A program made the translations under genes and the position numbers. Shown here in pieces: positions 13,075 to 27,832 of a stretch of DNA of 64,000 nt. This stretch comes from Octopus vulgaris (Eukaryota), in NCBI GenBank assembly GCA_951406725.2, contig OX597816.1:107818001-107882000 (forward strand), in the 5' to 3' direction. Position 1 is the stretch's first letter, and each line of letters opens with the position of its first letter. The notes beneath the pieces were generated by a model. It made no database searches, was not told the origin of the DNA, and saw nothing but the letters and a program-made list of their open reading frames with translations.

Positions 13075-14331
13075 CAGGGGTTGGACAAAACAATGGAAAC
13101 ACCTAGCATCATAGCATCATAATTTTGAACTTTCTCCGAAACCTTCAAAAGCTTGTTTGTTTTATGTTGTTTGATTTATCATTAGTATTACTTAACATGC
13201 AGATATCATCAGAAAAAGGTAATTAAAATGCAGATGCCATCAGAAAAATGTAATTAAAATTCATTAAAATGACAGATCTATTGGACTTTCAAAGATGTCA
13301 AATTGTTGGTGCACGTATGGCAGGCGCTAGCGTAACGAAAGCACTCGAAATGTTTGGTGCTTCAAGAAATACTGTCTCGAAAGTAATGACAGCTTTTAAG
13401 AAAGAGGGAAAACCTCCTCGTCGAAACAAAACTCCGGATGAAAACCAAAACTTTCAGATAGGGACCGTCGGACACTTACGTGAATTGTTAGAAAGGATCC
13501 CAAAAGTACAGCTCTCAAAATTACTGCGGAGCTTAATGACCACCTCGAGAACCCAGTTTTCACAAAAACTTTTCGTCGAGAGCTGCACAAAGCCGGATTT
13601 CACTGGAGGGCTGCAATCAGAAAATCACGCCTTTCAAAAACAAACGTTGCAAAGCGTTTAGAGTGGAGTAATAACCTACAGAATTGGTCCCTAGAGCAGT
13701 GGAAGAATGTTATATTCTCAGACAAGTCATCCTTTACCTTATTTCCGACCACCGGCCGAGTGTATGTGTGGAGTCTGCCAAAAGAAGCATGTCACCCAGA
13801 TTGCTTTTTCCAACTGTTAAACATGGAGGAGGATCTATGATGATCTGAGGGGTTATATCTTGGAAATCCGCCGGCCTAATGGTTTCCCTTCATGGCGGAA
13901 TTAATAGTCAAGGCTGTTTAAGCGTTTTATCTGATCAAATACATCCTATAGTTGCGGAACTGTTTCTGAGGGGAAACGCAATCTTTCAGGATGATAATGC
14001 AGCAATTCACACAGCTTAAGTTGTTACTGAATGGCACAAGGAACATTCTATCTGGCCAGCATAGTCCCCAGATCTCAATATTATTGAACATATATGATGC
14101 ATTTTAGAAAACAAGTAAGGACTCTATATCCTCCACCATCATCACTACAAGAACTGGAGACTGTTTTAGCTGAAGAATGGACAAAAAATCCTTTGGAAAA
14201 AATTCACACTTTGTAGGAGTCCATACATCGTAGAATTCAAGCTTTAATTACTGCCAAAGACGGTCCTACCCCATATTAAAATAAATTTGTTTGAAATTTT
14301 AAGGTGTTTCCATTATTTTGTCCAACCCCTG
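13075..14331 (+). mobile_element. Full-length decayed Tc1-like DNA transposon
   Basis: 30-bp TIRs CAGGGGTTGGACAAAA(C/T)AATGGAAACACCT at 13075-13104 and 14302-14331 (1 mismatch), TA dinucleotide on both flanks, internal transposase remnants. Confidence 0.95.
13269..14279 (+). pseudogene. Tc1-family DDE transposase pseudogene (frameshifts and stops)
   Basis: MTDLLDFQRCQIVGARMAGASV HTH start; WKNVIFSDKSSF; VKHGGGS; IFQDDNAAIHTA*; WPA*SPDLNIIE; terminal GPTPY*. Confidence 0.92.
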
Positions 14332-14915
14332 TATATGTTTTACGCTTTTATTCATTTCTTGGTCTCAGTCATTCAACTGGAGAGATACTGGGGTATCACT
14401 CCTTATACTTATTTCGCAATCTGGTATTTACCTTATAAATTATAAGTAGAACCACTAAATTACAAGACAGAAGCTTTGATAACAGCTTAGACGGTCGGAA
14501 AAGTGGCGAGCAAGCTGCTACAGAGCATCGAACTCTATGCCTCCCAAATTCAGACTGAGCTCTCTATACCATCGAGTTAAAAGATTTAGCGTTATAAAAT
14601 AACACTAAACACGCTGGAAAAATTCTTCGCACTATTGTAGTTTCGAATGATGCCACCTCACAAGATGTGTATTTAGTGTACTTATATTTGAATGTAAAAA
14701 TTGGAAACGTTTAAGTATGAAGAAATCTCCTAAAGCGATAAGTGTATATTTGTGCATGTGCGCTGGTGTGTGTATTTTTGTATGTGTGTATAATTTATGT
14801 ATTTGTTTATGTATACATGTATAACTATATTTTCTTTCTATAATTTTTAAACCATTTTATTAATTTTTTGTAAATTGAAATATCTTAGATTTACTTCTGT
14901 GCTATTTACACCTCC

Positions 14916-14987
<72 letters not shown>

Positions 14988-14988
<1 letters not shown>

Positions 14989-15191
14989 CCTCGTGAGCAC
15001 CGCCAGCGATATTTTTTTCTCTGTCTCCCCTTCTCGGGATCTTTCCTTCTCCTATGTTTCCGACGAAGAGCTACGCTCGAAACGTTAAACCCTCCTTCTC
15101 TCTTCTTTACTGAGCGTCCAATAATACTTTATTTGTTCCACGTCCTCGCGTTGCTGTGTTTTTTTTGTGTTTTCTTGTTTGGATTAACTTT
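14988..15191 (+). mobile_element. ~200-bp non-coding HHR cassette (solo pLTR / retrozyme-like), family R1
   Basis: Homologous to 38441-38652. Motif at 15056-15090 is GTTT-CCGACGA-A-GAGC TAC GCTC-GAAAC-GTT-AAAC; ends at (TA)n. Confidence 0.7.
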
Positions 15192-16038
15192 ATATATATA
15201 TATGTATATTTTCACAAACACTAATTTGCTTCTTTTACGTATGATATATCCTGCGCCAAAATGCGTCACCATGTGCCTATGTTGTAACATGGTGTATTAA
15301 TTTATGTTAATTAGTAAGAAGTAAGAAATTCATATGCCATAGAATTAGTTTTCATCCTTGTCGCAATTTTACTTGTGGTTGTTATTGATTCATCGATTCA
15401 TAGATTAATTGTTGTTGTCGCGGAAAACACAGCCATAAAATTACAGAATCGGCAAATATTGACTTCCTTTGACTGGACGCAATGTTTTAGAAGGAGAAAT
15501 ATATTTTGAGACTTTTTGTCCTTTTATAAATGGTCTTATCGGCTCAAGCGATTTGAAACTCAGTCTTAACGACCAATCGACGCTTGTGAACCTGTTGCAA
15601 TTTAGTCACTGAAAAAAATAGTTACAAAATCAGTCAGGGAATTAGAAAATGATTATAAATAACAACTGTATAATTTTTTTAATTATTAGAAAGTCTCTAA
15701 CAGGGCCAGAATCCACTTAGTGTAAGGGATTATTTAAGGGAGAAATTATGACGAATGGAATGAATTTACTTTAGGACATTACTTTAGAAGTGGAAACACT
15801 TCTTTATTCATGGAAGCACATCAGCTTTTGGATGAAAATGTTGTCAGTTTCGAGTCAGCCGAGGTGGCATAAAGTGATTTGGAAATAAGAAAGTTCATCA
15901 GAGCAGCTCCTTAGGTAATAACGATAAAAAAGACGTGATTTAAGAGAAAGAAAAAAAATTTACAGACATACATGCATGCACACACAGACACACATAAGCA
16001 CACAAACACACACATACACATATTTATATATGATACAT

Positions 16039-16084
<46 letters not shown>

Positions 16085-16682
16085 ACACGTATATATGATA
16101 TATATATAAACACACACATACACACACAAGAGTGCGTGTGTAGGATAATGAAATGTTGAATCCAAATCAATGTATGAGTTATTATTTATTCATAATTTTG
16201 GCTGAAAGTCAAACCCCGTGGTATTTCTGACTGTAGAATATTCACAGTTCTTGTAAAACGTAATTTGATATAAAATGGAATATTTGATTTTTTGCATGTT
16301 TCCAATTTAATAGATGCTGACGAGACATTGAATTGATTTAATGACTTGATTATCTACATGCAATTTTCGAACCGTTTACGCGTGGGTGGAAGATATGCGT
16401 TTCGGTGATTTAACATACGAAGAAAATTATGTAATATGTAGGTAGAAATTCACTTTCTATACAGCTGTTTCAAAATAGTTTATATAATAATTTCTTAGTA
16501 AAAACGTGCATTACATCTAAGGCAGTGAAATATATTTTTAATGTTGTTTTAATGTTTTTAGACGTATTGGCCGTGTAGTTAGTGAAGTGAAATTGCTTCA
16601 GTTTAGTTAACAACAGTGATGGTTATGGTAATCCTAGTAGTAGTTATAACAACTACAATAATAATAATAATAATAATAATAA

Positions 16683-16713
<31 letters not shown>

Positions 16714-16772
16714 AAGAAGAAGAAGAAGAAAAGAAGGAGAAGAAGAAGAAGAATTCTCTCTACTGGAAGCAC

Positions 16773-17113
16773 ATCGACCCCAGTGCGTAACTGGTACTTA
16801 ATTAATCGACTCCGAAAGGACGAAAGTTAAAGTCGACCTCGGCGGATTTTCGAACTCAGAACGTGGCGGCAGCCGAAATACCTATTTCTCTACTACCCAC
16901 AAGGGGCTAAACACAGAGGAGACAAACAAGGATAGACATACGGATTAAGTCGATTATATCAACCCCAGTGCGTAACTGGTACTTAATTTATCGACCCCGA
17001 ATGGATGAAAGGCAAAGTCGACCTCGGCGGAATTTGAACTCAGAACGTAATGGCAGACTAAATAACGCTAAGCATTTCGCCCGACGTGCTAACGTTTCTG
17101 CCAGCTCGTCGCC

Positions 17114-17178
<65 letters not shown>

Positions 17179-17300
17179 TCTTTCTACTGGAAGCACAAGG
17201 CCTCAAATCTGGGGGAAGGGATTAAGTCGATTACATCAGCTCCAGTGCGTAACTGGTACTCATTTAATCGACTCCGAAAGGATGAAAGGCTATGTCGACC
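16773..17300 (-). mobile_element. Cluster of family-B SINEs (full copy 16881-17113 plus two partial copies) among (AAT)n/(AAG)n tracts
   Basis: Three occurrences of CCAGTGCGTAACTGGTACT; the tRNA-like head is the reverse complement of GAATTTGAACTCAGAACG...CTGCCAGCTCGTCGCC. Confidence 0.85.
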
Positions 17301-19145
17301 TAACTTCGTCCTAAGAAACAAAGGGTGACATTGCAGAAGTTTGTCCTGAAAATTTCGAATTATCACTTGCGGAATGTCGCACGATCAGAGTTTTCCCAGT
17401 AATTATGGAGCAACAACAGCAGCAACAACAACAACCATGGCAAGAACCGCAGTAAGTATGAACAACAACAGTACTTTGTTATGTTGTCACTTACCAATCA
17501 GAAGTAATATATATAGGCTCTACGCTAATCGTAATATACGAGAATCTCTGAACGTAATTTTATAGCATTGATTTCGCACCATTCTTAAAATATATGTATC
17601 GCAGATCAAACGTTTCATAGGTGTTTAATATACGCTGCACTATCGCAGATTATTTCTTTTTATTTCTACTTAAAAAAAAAAAGCTAATAGAAAAATTCAT
17701 CAGGTTGTATCTGCACACTCAATGCTAAATTTTATCCCATCGAATCGCGTACTTCGCAATTTTTGAAATGAAATCTGTTCATCATCTGTTGAATATCTCT
17801 CAATTTTTAGAATTCAAATCAAATACACTTGACTAACAATCTTCTGAATGATACAATCCCATCATGTGCGAAAACTAATTTTATTGAAGTGCCATTAAAA
17901 TTGCTGTGTTTCTCAGAATAGAATTTAATTAATTTCTTTTAAATTCAAATCGAATTGAATCGGATGTGAAGGCAATAGCTTTTTGTGTGCTATGGTCTAA
18001 TGCATTGTTCTATATGACTTTAATTTAGTTTATATACTCACAAAATTCTGCATTTTCGCTGCTATTTGAAGCAGCAATTATTAGGAATCTTTATTTAGAA
18101 TGTTTATCAGAAACTTGAATTTTGAATGCAATCACGGTGGTGTATTGTTTATTTATTAAAAATACACTAAAAAAATTAGAATGACTTATTTTTATTGTCC
18201 AAAAAGGGAGTCTTTACGCAAAAAGGGAGTCTTTACGTTCCATTGTAGATTTTCCCAAAACCTTAGAATTCTGCGAGACGTGGCAAGAAGAATTACGTGA
18301 TATCGCGATAAATGATCTAATCACACATGCTTAAGCATCTTGAGTAATTTTTTGTTCGTATGCGTTTAATAATATATTTGTAATTTTCTTATACACACAA
18401 GGTATATTCCCTAATGTTGCGATATCAAAGTATCTGAAAAGAGAGCTTTGAGAAAATGCTGCTCCTTTGAGAAAATGCCGCCCCTTTTAACTGTTTGTTA
18501 AATATAAGATCAGAATTACAGCAAAATCTTTTGAACGTTCTTTGTGCCTTACTTTTTCAAAGTTATTTTTATGGTTTGTGTAATTTGTGATGAAGTTTAA
18601 TTTTATGAACATAACGATAATAGATTAATAAAAACAGTTGCTAACATTACTGTACAGTTCAGAATTTTACACGGCAACCAACTGATTTCAGGTTCAGTTC
18701 CACATTGCAGCACCTTGTCTTGTACTATAGATATGGACCAGCTGACCATGCCTTGTGAATAAATTTAATACACGGAAAAGGTCGACTGTATGTGTTCTAT
18801 GTCTGTCTGTCTGTATGTATGTATTAGTCGTAACCTTATTGTTTTATCAAAGTAATAAGGAATGGATTATCTAATATGTCCTTTCTCTATTTACAAGTGC
18901 AACATATAATTTGGAGATTTGGCTACTATTTCTGGAGATGGATACCATCACTGGTTTGCGACACAAATTGTTTTGAAATGACGTTTTAAAGGCAGAAAAT
19001 TATAATATTAATTTAACTTATTGGGGATTTATCAGACTTTCTTGAAAACCAAAATGATTTCTCATTCATTTATTCACTTACCAAATCAGCATTCATTGTG
19101 ACTACGTACACCCAAGACAAAACGAAACAGTCACTTATACTAAAA

Positions 19146-19330
19146 GCACAACAAGGCCTAAGATTTTGAGGGAGACTATTAGTCAATTAGTCAATTACAT
19201 GAACTCCAGTGCTCAGCTGGCACTTATTTTATCGAACTGGAGTGGGTAAAAAAGCAAAACCAACTTCAGTGAAATTTCAACTCAGAATGTAAGGCATTTT
19301 GTCCGGCATTCTAACTATTCTGTCAGCGCG
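19146..19330 (-). mobile_element. Degenerate family-B SINE
   Basis: CCAGTGCTCAGCTGGCACTTATTTTATCGA...AACTCAGAATGTAAGGCATTTTGTCCGGC matches the family by eye. Confidence 0.6.
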
Positions 19331-19687
19331 CGGTCATAAACACAAAATAACTTCACGCTAAAGCCCATTATTTTCCAGTTAGTAAACTGTATTTTTCTTA
19401 TCTTTTGTAAGAGGATGGGATTAGGTAAGAATCAAATAAGATTTAGTGGTTTGCTTGAAGCACAACATGCCTTAGTGATAGCATACAATTATGAAAACTT
19501 TGATCTGTGGTAGATCGATACATTAATCTATTCTACTTTAAATCGATGATCGGAGAGAAATGTGAAATATGCATGTAAGGAACTTAAATCTTATTTAGTG
19601 TTCGACTTCTCATATATATAAAGTCGAAGAATAAATAATATGAAACTAGTAAAGGTGTGAAAGTTTATATACATTCATATATAATAC

Positions 19688-19729
<42 letters not shown>

Positions 19730-19951
19730 GAGAGAGATAGAAAGAAAGAGAGAGAGAGAGAGAGAAATAGAGTGATAGATAGAGAGAGAGAGAGAGGGAG
19801 TGAGAGAGAGGATAAAATTGAAGAATTTGGAAAGTTTATAACAGACGTTCTACAATGCATACATAAATATATCATTCGAAAGCTACAACTATGTTAGGAA
19901 AGTCACTGTGACCAGCAGTGTGCAGCAACATCTCAGAGACCCATCAATATA

Positions 19952-19995
<44 letters not shown>

Positions 19996-20217
19996 TTTCA
20001 GCTCAGCGCTGCGGCCATGCTGATGCACCGCCGTTTCCTTATCTCTGGTTCATATATATATATATATATGATTACACGTACTCGATGCGCTCGAATTAAT
20101 CGACCTAAGTTTTGGTTCCAATGCTATAGTGTTAATCTCACACTGTCGTTGGCAGTCACAGGCCTTCCGTATTCGATGGTTGGCTATGACGTAAATTAAT
20201 ACACACACACAAACACA

Positions 20218-20282
<65 letters not shown>

Positions 20283-20313
20283 CTATATATTTGTGTGTGT
20301 TTATGCATAGACT

Positions 20314-20367
<54 letters not shown>

Positions 20368-20770
20368 TATATAAATGTAAGACCCAAGGTTCGAGGTGTA
20401 GGATTAAAGTTAGCTTCAAGGCTTCAAGCAATCCGCAGTAAATATAAAAAAAACAACTTTCGGGTTCAATAGTGGTTTATTGACACGGAAGGTTGTGGAT
20501 TATTTTTATATCGAAGTACGATGAACTTAAAAAAAATTCTTTTTATATTTCACGGTAGGCGACCAGGGTTGCCAAGTGTGCGAAAAAGAATACAAAAGTT
20601 ACGGAATGGAGAAGATAAGATCCGGGCTACTAATGTTTCGTAGCAAGCGGAACCTAAGAACTGGTAAATATCCAAGTGATGTGTATACCGTAAGCTATTA
20701 TTCAGTTTACATTGCCACAAGGAGGTACATGTTGACGCATAGAAGATTCAATCAAAATGTGTGCGTGTGT

Positions 20771-20825
<55 letters not shown>

Positions 20826-20828
<3 letters not shown>

Positions 20829-21315
20829 AGGGGAGAAGAAATTTGGAGGACACTCAAGGACCTGCAAATTTAACCTGCAAGGCAAATGTTGGCATGGGGA
20901 AGCCGCCAAAACTACACGGGCCTTAAGGAGAAAAACTTCACTGAGGAAAGGCACCAATCGTCTCCAAAGAAAAAAATATACAAGAGAAGTACGCTCTTCA
21001 GAGGTCATGCGCAAGGCAGCAGATGAACAAGAGTCTTTTTTGCGCATGGCGCAAAAGATTGTGCAGCAGCTTACCTGGCTACACCAAGCGCAAACAAGGA
21101 ACCTTGCCCACCACTGCGCAAGACCACCACATTCAACAGACTCGGGATGACCTCCCATACAACCTGCACAATCGTCACGCCCATATTTAAAATAAATATT
21201 GGGAGCCTGTTGCATCATAACAAAAGCAAAATTTTTTTCCTGAGAGTCCTTGCTGCGTGCAATCAAGCCCTATGCATAGCACTCGTGGAAACTCACCTCA
21301 GCCCTGATATAGAGA
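20826..21315 (+). mobile_element. LINE fragment: ORF1 zinc-finger remnant plus N-terminus of an APE endonuclease
   Basis: CKFNLQGKCWHG (CCCH-finger-like start) followed by INIGSLLHHNKSKIFFL...CIALVETHLSPDI, resembling the first two APE motifs (N..., ETH/ETW). Confidence 0.55.
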
Positions 21316-22654
21316 ATAATATAACCACGTCCGTTGTAAATGGCAAGGGTAGTGGGATTTGGCGTTTCTGCAGCAAAAGTGGGAGAGATATTGACGCAGT
21401 CAAACATATATAGAAAATAAGTACAGGCGTTTTCCCTATTACGGTTCCCTTAAGCTAGGGGATTTTCCACTTACAGGAATTGTAAAGTCTGATCACTACT
21501 TTTAGGATATGGTCTGCATTATCTGTTTTGTAAAAACTCGGAGAAATTTTGAGAATTTAAAAATAACAGTTCTTTAGTAAAAGCCTCTTGTACGCTGATT
21601 GGGATTTAAGAAGTAAACAATTTGAAAAAAATATAATTACGAAACAAGCATGCGCGCACATACACGCGTTCCAACGCACTTATACACACACTTATGCACA
21701 TAATATATGTGCGTGTTTATGTATATTTTGTTGGGTTTCAATAGATAACGGTATGTTTCTCTCTATCTCTGTCCGTCAGATGGTCTCTTGTATGTGTGTG
21801 GGTGTAAATCAACCTTCACTGCCATGATTATCACAAGCAAAATCAACACGAAACTAATGTAAGCACTTATCGTCTTAGGAATTAACAAACAACAACAACA
21901 AGAGTAAGATCAAATTTAGCAACTAGTCTGAAATAAAAAAAAAACAATCATATATATATGTTACAGTAACAATGTTTTTAATGCGAAATGAAATTTCTTT
22001 GGTTTTTAGGTCAATGAGATTTATTCGACTTTAATCTAATGAGCAGCAACAATACAGCTAACATGAAAAATATGATAACCGCCACCACCTCGTTATCATT
22101 ATAAACCCCATCATCACCAACAGGAAAGCCGATAGGATCAGCACTATCCCAATACTAACCAATCAACTTTTGAATAACCTACTGGCATCAACAATGATGG
22201 TGATATCAGTATGGTAATATCTACAGCTACATATGTTATATGTCAATACTATGGTCTATGTGTGAAAGAGTAAAGTGTGCGACTTTTATATCTCAAGTCA
22301 GAATTACATTAACCTGCTGACCCTACAGCTAACTGTAATGATACTGCAGTACCTCTATCCACCTCACTCCTTTACCCTTTACGCCTTGTCTTTGCTATTC
22401 TTACACCCATAGGAATAAGATGAATTTTTTACTCTCACGAGTTCTTTCTTAATGGTACTTTTAAACGACATATTTGAAGTAGATAATTGTCGATCATTGG
22501 CGTCAAGTGGAACTGAAGGTAGTAGTGCAACAAGGTACCATAAAAGTATTAAACAGGATATCAAACTTCATGTTTTAAAAATTGTGATTTGATACATTTT
22601 AGGTAACGCTCCAAAGATTCTGTCAATCAATTATTTTATATAATTATTTCATAT

Positions 22655-22820
22655 TTAGGCACAATGCCAGCAAAATTTCAGAGGCGGTGTTAGCCGATTA
22701 AATCGATAGCAGTACTTGACTGGTACTGTATATAAACAATCCCGGAAGAACAGGGTGGGATTTGAACTCGTAAAGAACAAATAATTTTGTCCGACGCTCT
22801 GACGATTCTGCCAGCTCGCA
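22655..22820 (-). mobile_element. Degenerate family-B SINE
   Basis: GACTGGTACT...GGGATTTGAACTC...GACGATTCTGCCAGCTCGC. Confidence 0.6.
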
Positions 22821-23302
22821 GTCTCACAGTGATTTCTAATTTAGGAGGAAGGCAGAGCGTTAAAGGGATGGATTAGACTATTACTGTATCGATGGGGAAC
22901 TAGCTACTCAACCACATCCTCAATGATTTATGCAAGTCTTACAACACCATTTTGAATTTGATGTATCCTTTGGAAAATTTGTAATGCCATGGATACAATC
23001 TGGCTTTATAATGTTTTGATCCTGGTACCCTTGAGATTAGATTTAGTTGAGTAATTTCTTAAACGTTTAATTTTCTCTCTGTTGACAGGTGTTGTTCCCA
23101 CGAACAACTTTGCAAGCTTTAATCTACCAGTAAATACTAATATCCATTACGTTCTGAGTTCTAATCCTGTCAATTATCCCCTCACATTTCCTCTTTGAGA
23201 TATAGATAAAAATTAGTACCAGTAAAGTTACTAATATTTACCTACCAGACAAAATGTGACACCCCGAATCTATTTTAAAAGACATTTATATCATTATGAA
23301 TA

Positions 23303-23510
23303 CGGCGGCGATCCGGAAGAATCGTTAGCACGCCGAACAAAATGCGTTGCGACTTTACTTTCGACTTCGCGTTTAATGTTCAAATGCTGCCTGAGTCAAC
23401 TTTGGTTTTCATTCGTTCGGGTTCGTTAAAAACAACTACCAGTTACGCACTGGGTTGATGTAATCGATTCGTCATCTCTCCCAAAATTTCGAGCCTATAG
23501 TAAAAAGGAA
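23303..23510 (+). mobile_element. Family-B SINE
   Basis: GGCGGCGA..GAATCGTTAGCACGCCGAACAAAATGC...TACCAGTTACGCACTGGG. Confidence 0.7.
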
Positions 23511-23699
23511 TGGTTAGGCACAATAGAGCGTCAGAGAAAATAGTATATCGTTATTACGAACTTAGTTACGCCAAGTGCAACTCAGCATTTCATATATCCA
23601 TGATCGATGAAATAAATACAACATTGATCTTCCGAAACCTTTGGCTCTAAAGCCATTCAGATTCTTCTGAACCAATGGTGGTTACAGTTTGAATATAGA

Positions 23700-23909
23700 T
23701 TTCAAAGTTTGGTATAAGGCAAGCAATTTTGCGGGAGGGGTTAAGTCAATATCATCGACCCCAGCATTCAAGTGGTACTTATTTTATCATCCCGGAAAGA
23801 ATGAAAGACAAAGTCAACCTCGGCGGAATTTGAAATCAGAACGTAAAGACGGACGAAATGCCGCTAAACATTTTGCCCGTCGTGCTAACGGTTCTGCCAG
23901 CTCACCACC
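23700..23909 (-). mobile_element. Family-B SINE, inverted relative to 23303-23510
   Basis: AAAGTCAACCTCGGCGGAATTTGAA...CGTGCTAACGGTTCTGCCAGCTCACCACC. Confidence 0.75.
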
Positions 23910-25049
23910 TTACTTTAAATTAAACATTGAATAATACAAGTTTATTAATATTGTACTGTGGAAAGTACCACTAAACTAGACTGACGCTAGCAGGAATTTA
24001 GACTTGTAGCTCGTGAATTGGTGCAGATTATCAGAGGTTCCGGATCATCAGTATCCGGAAAGTCGGTGTTATATCTACACAAGTTAAGTGCGATGGGCTG
24101 ATATAATATACCCACCTCTTTTCTATAAGTGTACGACTTCGTAATGTTTGAAACCATAAATGGACGATAAAAATAACATAATTCTGGAACTCACATTTTC
24201 CCTACCGCAAATACTATGTTGAGAACGTGAGCAGATACCAATCAATTAATTTCTATTTGTCATGCCAAAAATAGATTTCATACCTTTCTAACTGTCGGAA
24301 CAATACGTTTTACAAAACTGAAAGTGAAGAGAAATAAATTAACGAACGTCATGCAGAGTGTCACATGGAACGCTATTTATATTAATAAAGAATGAAATAA
24401 TATGAGAGAAAAAAAGAGACAAGATAAAACAGGAAGAAGAAAAAATATGTAAAAGGATGCATCCGTTGTTTCTAAAATAAAGAAATGCCTTCAAGAGGCC
24501 ACGCTTTGTTGATATCTTTAAGAAAAGGAGGAATATTTTCAGCATAAATATGGGAAGATATAAAAATAAAATAAATATAATTCTATTAGCAAAAGGAAAT
24601 CTGTTAGAAATTATCTTTAGCGTAATGTTTGTTAGTTTTTTTTTTACCGACGTAATTAATTTTCTTATTGACTTCTAATGAAAAATATGAAAACTTATGT
24701 ATCTCCAAATATATCTATTTATTTAACTATATATGTATTTCTCCTCACAGCTCTTTTCACACACATGCACACAGATATTTCTTGGGAAGGCTGCACGGAG
24801 TTTCTTTGTTTCTACACCTTAGGCGACAAATCTTATTTTGAATAAGGCTTTCTTATTCGCACATCGACTAGATCCATTCAGACATACGGAAACAAATATT
24901 GCAAAACCTACTGGTACTAAAACTTTATGAATATTAATTTATAAAAGCATAAAAAGAATATATGACATGGCCTATAACCGGAATTTTGTGATGAAGATGA
25001 AAGTCTATGGAAAAGTTCCTATGACAAAATTCATATAAAATTTATATAT

Positions 25050-25101
<52 letters not shown>

Positions 25102-25126
25102 GCACACACAAACCTAAATACATATA

Positions 25127-25193
<67 letters not shown>

Positions 25194-25596
25194 GTATATG
25201 TGTGTCTGTGTGTTTTCTGTATATTGTGTGTTAATGCTCACTCGCAGGTATGCACGCAGTTGTATAAAAATTAAAAGGAAGTAATTATTGAATATTAATA
25301 AATACAGGCTTAAAACACACATTTCCACGCGTACACATACAGACGGATGTATGTATATAAAAGTAAATACAGAAATCCTATTTACTTACAGAAAACAATT
25401 AACAGTATACATAACAAAACACGCTAATATATATATTTTTGTGTGTGTGTGTGTGCATGTATGTATACATACATATATATTTATATATATGTATGTATAC
25501 ATACATATATATATATTTATATATAATGTATATGTATATATATGTATACACATTTATATATACATACACACACGCACACACCGACATATCTATCTA

Positions 25597-25629
<33 letters not shown>

Positions 25630-27797
25630 GCATGCATTCGTATATCCATGCTTATATACAAAAATGCATAAAAACCTACACGTGCCTACGCACAAATACA
25701 CACACACAAACACAAATACGCACACACACACTGGAACATATACATATACAAGCCAGCATACAGTTATTCATGCCTAAAATTAAGATCTCTAATCATTTAT
25801 GCAACTTTGATTAAAAATATTAATTACGAATTTGTTTAATGTAGTGCTAGAACTACAGAAGGAGAGAACAATTTTGATTACTGGTTTGGTCGATCAGAGC
25901 AAATCGGCAGCTAAACAACACTAAAGCAATAACAATGACATAAGAAAGAATATCGAAGATCTCACGTTATTTTCATATTTGCGGCTTCGTTGACTGTCTG
26001 TCGTGTTTAGAGACTGGTAGCAAACACGTTGGAGGGCCGCAATATAAACACACAATTTTAGAACCTTCCATAAAGCCAGTTTCAAGAAGAAAGAGGTAAA
26101 ATATCTATCACTGGATTCTTATTTGTCCCCCCCCCCCCAATATATTGAAAATGAAGTGGGTCGCACCTCAATGAGCCGGAACAAATCTCACAAGGATTGT
26201 TCGAACGACTATGTGAATTCGATACTTTTATTTTTTTTAAACTGTTGTAATAAACAATGATATAGATATTTATTTTTAATGCATTTCAGCAGATTTGAAT
26301 ACAAATATGCTACTTGATGTTGGGTACTTCACAAGAGAATAACTTCCCCTTTTACAATAATGGTGTGTTCATCACGACGTTGGTGCAAAGGATTCTTGGA
26401 TTCCAGTGTTTCCGCATGTTGCGTCTCAGTAGCCAGAAGAATCAAGGATTTCTTCAGCCTAAACAAGTTTGTTACTTGCTTTATAATTTTAACGAACAGC
26501 TTGTTTTTGCTGATCAGTGTCCACATCTGCCAACATGTGACAGATGAAATACAATATGTCAAAAACCGGAATCCCAGATTCTCTGCATGATCCAGCGAAG
26601 TGTGCAACAAATTACCGCGTGAAATGTAGAAGTTGCTCTTCTGTGACATAAACAACAACGACAAGCATATGTTGCTTTCGAACTGACGAAACATTAAGAA
26701 AAATTATGCAAATTATAGTTTCAGATGTTGCTGTACACAGTACAAATAATGAATTGTCATGTGTTATATTAAACATTAGTTATGAATCCAATATATATGC
26801 AATAGTTAGAACACGCAATTATCTTTCTGATTTTTTTTCTATTTTCTTTCATTTTTTCATTCGTTCTTCCCTTCGTTCTATCATTTCTTCGTTTCTTCTT
26901 TGTTTTGTTTTTTGTTTGATTTTAGTAACACCAACTTTCACTCTTCGGAAACTTAGGCGTCATAGATGGCTTCTAAGTGATATCAACTATTTCGTCTGAG
27001 CATTAAATCTAATTATACAAATTTAAGATATTCCTGAAAAAAACAGCTAAGTATTAAAAGTATTAAAGATGTGAAACATTTCTCTTTCATTGAATTTTAA
27101 TCAAATTTTACCATTTGTATTCATGCACATTTACTCTCTCCTTCTCGCACTTATCTGATGTATTTCAAATAAACTGAAAAAGCAACAAGCAAAAATAATT
27201 ACCGAGAAACGCACAACCCGTGTGCACACATACGCACACAAACATACACACATACACACTCACACAAACACACACACAAACACGCACATACACACGCAAA
27301 CACATATATATGTATGTAAAAATGTCTATGAAAGATATATATAAATAGATATAGATATATATAAGGCACATATAAATATGTGTATTTATATGTAATATAT
27401 ATGAATAAATTTATACATTTATTACACACGCACTCACACGTGTATCTATATACACTCACACACACACGCCCACATATACCCCCCACACACACAAAGACTA
27501 TCATTAATAGATGTGTGTGTGTGTGTATATGCGTATTTTTGCAAAATATTAAATATTTATATATGCATGACGAGGCATGAACACAAGGGTGTTTATAAAT
27601 AAACATCATTAGAGATAAAACACAAAGTTTACACAGAAACATTTGCGTTCACTTATATAAATAGAAACCCCCGGTTATACACCCATAGCCACACATAGAT
27701 ATAAATAATACAACAGATGAAATCATTTAGAAAACTAAGCATATGCGCATATATAATTCATATGCGTCTGTATATACGTAGATACATACATACATAT

Positions 27798-27832
<35 letters not shown>

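Noticed and set aside
18200-18238. Two tandem copies of CAAAAAGGGAGTCTTTACG (similarly AAAGTGTTTCTGTGCAGACGCT twice near 63898-63983)
   Set aside because: Simple local duplications; two units with no array structure, so not CRISPR-like.
26314-26694. Overlapping ORFs in a non-repetitive segment, considered as a host exon or hAT remnant
   Set aside because: No recognisable motif or convincing splice context in any frame.
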